From contig OZ024740.1 in assembly GCA_964016885.1 (NCBI GenBank), positions 152,644,001 to 152,708,000 on the forward strand: a DNA stretch of 64,000 nt, read 5' to 3'. The translations under genes and the position numbers were made by a program. Origin of the DNA: Eledone cirrhosa. Lineage: Eukaryota. How positions within the stretch are numbered: the first letter of the stretch is position 1; each line of letters begins with the position of its first letter. Under the pieces are notes generated by a model. It had not been told where the DNA came from. It was given only the letters and a program-made list of their open reading frames with translations, and did no database searches. Of the stretch, positions 58,976 through 64,000 are shown piece by piece.

Positions 58976-60009
58976 GTAATAATAATAAATTTGAAGACTA
59001 AAATCCAAAGAGGGCTCGATAAGGATAAATATATATGAAATATATAAGAACCGTAGAGCAAATATTTATTAAAATAACAGATTAAAGTTTAAGCAAAGAA
59101 TCGCTGCATTCACCCTTAACAGGATCTTCTGAAACTAACAAAGTCAATCTGTAAACGCAGAAGTGGATATTTCAAAAAACGTTGCAACCGGAGGAAGACC
59201 GGAAGACGATACTTTGGTTCGTGGAAACGTTCCCTGGCAAAGAACGGGAAAAAACGAATATAATACGTCATTAATAGGAGCAGTCAAAAACAATTACGCG
59301 CAAAGACAGAACCACGTTTATGGTATAAAAGAGGTAGCAGACTAATGTTCTCTTACGTGGTTCATAGAGACGTTCTCTGGCAATGAACGGAAAAAAACGA
59401 AGATAATACGTCATATGTGGAGCGTAGAGAACAATTGCACGCAAAGACAAAACCACGTAAATGGTATAGCAGAAGTCGTAAACTAAATTTCTAACTAGAA
59501 GAACGAATGAATCTCCGCTTCAGAGTTAAGAACAAAGTAAATATATACAATATAGAGGTAATAGAAATTAAATAAATACCGATTCTTTGCTTAAACTTTA
59601 ATCTATTATTTTAATATATATATATATGTATATATATACGTATATATATATAAACTTATCCGATATCTGCATTGCTTTATTGTACTACAATAAAACTCAC
59701 CTCCTTCATATATATATATATATATATATGAAAATATGGGTGAGTAGAATACTGCTGGTTGCACATGGATAACATGTTATAAAATGAGTCCCTCATCAGT
59801 GATTTACCAAACGATCATGGGTATTTCATCGCATTAAAAATCATATACCTCACGTTGGAGCGATAATAACTAAAATAAGTTATTAGGACAAAAGAAACGC
59901 GTAAAGCGAGTGAGACAAGTAAACAACACAGGGGGAAGCTAACCGAAGATGGAAATAAACACAAGCAACATAGTTATTCTTTCAGCATAAGCTGTGTGAA
60001 TATATGAGC

Positions 60010-60097
60010 ATACATATATATATACATATATATATATGTATATATATATGTATTTATATATGTGTATATATATATATATATATACATATATATATAC

Positions 60098-60170
<73 letters not shown>

Positions 60171-60256
60171 CATATATATACATATAAATATACATATATA
60201 TACATATACATATATATACGTATATATATACATATAGTTATACATAAATATACATA

Positions 60257-60288
<32 letters not shown>

Positions 60289-60839
60289 CATATATATACA
60301 TATATATACATATATATATACATATATATACATATATATACATATATACACATATATATACACATATATTCATATATATATACATATATATACATATATA
60401 TACACATATATTCATATATATATACATATATATACATATATATATACATATATATACATATATATATACATATATATATACAAATATATACATATATATA
60501 CATATATATATACATATATTCATATATATATATACATATATACACATATATACACATATATACATATATATATACATATATATACATATATATATAAATA
60601 TATATACATATATATATACATATATATATATACATATATATATACATATATATATACATATATATGTATATATATATACACATATATAAATACATATATA
60701 TATACATATATATATACATATATATATATACATATACATATATACATATATACATATATATATATATATACATATATATATACATATATACATATATGTA
60801 TATACATATATATATAAATACATATATACATATACATAT

Positions 60840-60883
<44 letters not shown>

Positions 60884-60923
60884 GTATATACATATATAAA
60901 TATATACATATATACATATATAC

Positions 60924-60992
<69 letters not shown>

Positions 60993-61020
60993 CATATATA
61001 TATATACATATATATATATG

Positions 61021-61054
<34 letters not shown>

Positions 61055-61079
61055 CATATATATATACATATATATATGC

Positions 61080-61156
<77 letters not shown>

Positions 61157-61211
61157 TACATATATATATATATATACATATATACATATATATACATATA
61201 TACATATATAC

Positions 61212-61278
<67 letters not shown>

Positions 61279-61299
61279 CATATATACATATATATATAC

Positions 61300-61332
<33 letters not shown>

Positions 61333-61342
61333 CATATATATA
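60010..61342. repeat. 1.3-kb degenerate (TA)n/(TACA)n tract
   Basis: Direct reading; source of the 458-aa and 470-aa artefact ORFs. Confidence 0.95.
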
Positions 61343-61922
61343 TGGTGGCTGCCAACTCGTTTTCGAGTACGGCCACTACTTTATATCCATGTAGGAGAAA
61401 CCCTACCGATGCGCTGAACGAGTATGACTTTTTAGTCCAGCCAGCGACTTGAAAACTCTGGTACAAACACTACACTTGTGACAATTATTGACACATAGTG
61501 CTGGGCCCATGGTACCATGTGACGACATGTGCAGAGAAATCTCCAGATATAAAGCAATGCCTGTGCCATGAAGCTTTTATAGTGAGAAAAGGCACTGCAC
61601 AAAGCCAGTCCCACTCTCTTAACCAAGATGATATTTAGCAAAAAGAAGAACAAGTCAACATCATTGGATACCATCAGGATTGTAGCTGTTATATCAGAGT
61701 TTTCCTTCTCCTAGAATTCTGCCTTGACAAAGGCTAAGGGGTCATCTCTCTCGGTGATTTTGGATGGCCATTGACTCTTAAGAGCTCCTTTGCCCTTTGA
61801 CAGGTTTTGTTTTTAGTCCTGCAGGATGTCCAAAGTCAGTTTAGTCGCCAACAACCCAACCATGGGACAGGTTGTACTGGGATACATGTTACCAGTAGCA
61901 CCAACTGGTGACCTGACATAGC

Positions 61923-61989
<67 letters not shown>

Positions 61990-62004
61990 CATATATATAT
62001 ATAC

Positions 62005-62094
<90 letters not shown>

Positions 62095-62170
62095 GTATAT
62101 ATACAAATATATATATACATATATATGTGTATATATATACATATATATATATACACATATATATATACAC

Positions 62171-62282
<112 letters not shown>

Positions 62283-62384
62283 CGAAGGAAATTTCCAATG
62301 AAGGAAATTTCCAACGAAGGAAATTTCCAATGAAGCCATATGGCTTCATTGGAAATTTAGACGCTGGTCTGAGACTTTTACTTC

Positions 62385-62419
62385 CCTCCGAAGAAGAGAT
62401 ATTATCTCGAAAATTAAGG
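62385..62419 (+). ncRNA. Minimal HHR with U4C variant, in element 62281-62537 between (TA)n tracts
   Basis: CCT-CCGAAGA-AGAGATA t TATCTC-GAAAATTA-AGG. Confidence 0.6.
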
Positions 62420-62533
62420 ACATTTAAATAAATTCAAGGTGAAAGACGAATTCTCATCAATATCTCTCACTATTGCATTCTTTTTTCTATGTCCATATCT
62501 GCATTGTCTTGGCCTTATTACACATATTCTAAC

Positions 62534-62645
<112 letters not shown>

Positions 62646-62824
62646 GAGAGTATTGAAGTTTGCTAGAAGCATTGTGGAATAATAAGGTTAATTTCTTTAA
62701 GTCGTTTGGAAGCCTCGACAATGCAAATGGGTAAATCTCCGGGTAACAAGATCCGGTGGTGGAGAGAGAGAGAGAGATGTAAGTGGGTGCACATATATAT
62801 ACATATACATATACATACTTATAC

Positions 62825-62855
<31 letters not shown>

Positions 62856-62882
62856 CGTATACATACATATATATATATATAA

Positions 62883-62915
<33 letters not shown>

Positions 62916-64000
62916 CATGTACATATATATACATATACATATATATATCTATATATACATATATATATATACATATACATACATATATATATATATAAAT
63001 ATATATATATCTAAATATATATATACATAGTTATGTAATAAACAACATAAGGCAATTATTCCATTTACCAGTGGTTTCTTAAAAGCAAAAAATGTTGCTT
63101 TTAATCATCAGAATGAAAAAATCCTGGTGTATTTATTGATATTGGATTCTAAAAACAAAAATGCAATCTATATGAAAGTGAGGCTGGAGAAGGAAGACGG
63201 AAAGGAAAAATAAAATAAAAACACACATGCAAACACACATTTATATACATACACACACATATATATATATACACACACACATACATACACACACACATAT
63301 ACACATATATATGCGCATATACATATGTGGCATACATTCCTTTATTTTTGATTGGTGCAAGGCTCAATAGTTAAGGAAATAGTTACCATACTGGTGCCCG
63401 CGGATCACTAGGCGTCCTAGAGCTAAGTTCAGAATTTCAGATATGTTTTTAAAGACAAAATATGGACATGCTCTTTGGTATATATTCGTCATTAATAATA
63501 TCTATTTCTCTCTTTAGATTACTATATTCACAACATAACCACCTGCGATGGGGAGCTATTGCAGCAGGGATCTGCAATAATAGAAGTCCTTGGTAGTGAA
63601 ATGTTTGGGAACTACTGAGATGGGACTTTCGCTTATCAATTCTGATGGAGGTCGGGGTGGGGGTTCGATCCTGCAGCGTGACGTCTCAGAAAGTTTCCTT
63701 TGACATTGTGACTTTAATTATAAAGGTGTAAACTGTGTGGGAACCCATTTGATGGACAGCTCCAGCTTTGTCATATATTGTGTCGCGCAAATTTGGCTTG
63801 GGATTTACCTTATGCATACGCGTATCTATAAAATAATCTGTTACACGACTTGGGCATTCGGTTGATCGAACAACTGAATGGCCATCATTGAAATATACAA
63901 AGGCTCCATCCTCCCACTAAGGATATCAGTGGCTTTTGTGTGGTTATGTAATTTAGCTTTAACCTACGTTCGGAACCAAGACCTAAAACATAATTCTAGC

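Noticed and set aside
59939-61466. 458-aa and 470-aa ORFs, and all other YI/CV/TH/ER-repeat ORFs
   Set aside because: Translations of microsatellites that lack stop codons
61343-61920. Possible RTE 5'UTR or HDV-like ribozyme region
   Set aside because: Only a short resemblance; the nested pseudoknot could not be built by eye

Overview
AT-rich, repeat-dense metazoan DNA, either intergenic or intronic. The microsatellite load and SINE/LINE content suggest an octopus-like cephalopod genome (inference). No intact host protein-coding gene can be supported, and most ORF-track entries are microsatellite artefacts. Recognisable content: a decayed CR1-group LINE, three Penelope-like elements (PLEs, one near full length), an internally deleted mariner, R4/Dong-like and RTE LINE fragments, many SINE copies and long (TA)n/(CA)n/(GA)n tracts. 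There are two main signals. (1) About 16 well-formed and about 10 degenerate minimal type I hammerhead ribozymes (HHRs) occur in at least 10 distinct short non-coding element families. Most sit in or beside (TA)n, and they include a 522-bp tandem/inverted retrozyme-like array at 24.7-26.9 kb, with covariation support and U3-A8 core variants. (2) The near-complete PLE has a long upstream ORF1 that joins the RT-GIY-YIG ORF through a correctly phased U_UUU_UUA -1 frameshift site. All motifs were read by eye, and repeat boundaries are approximate.
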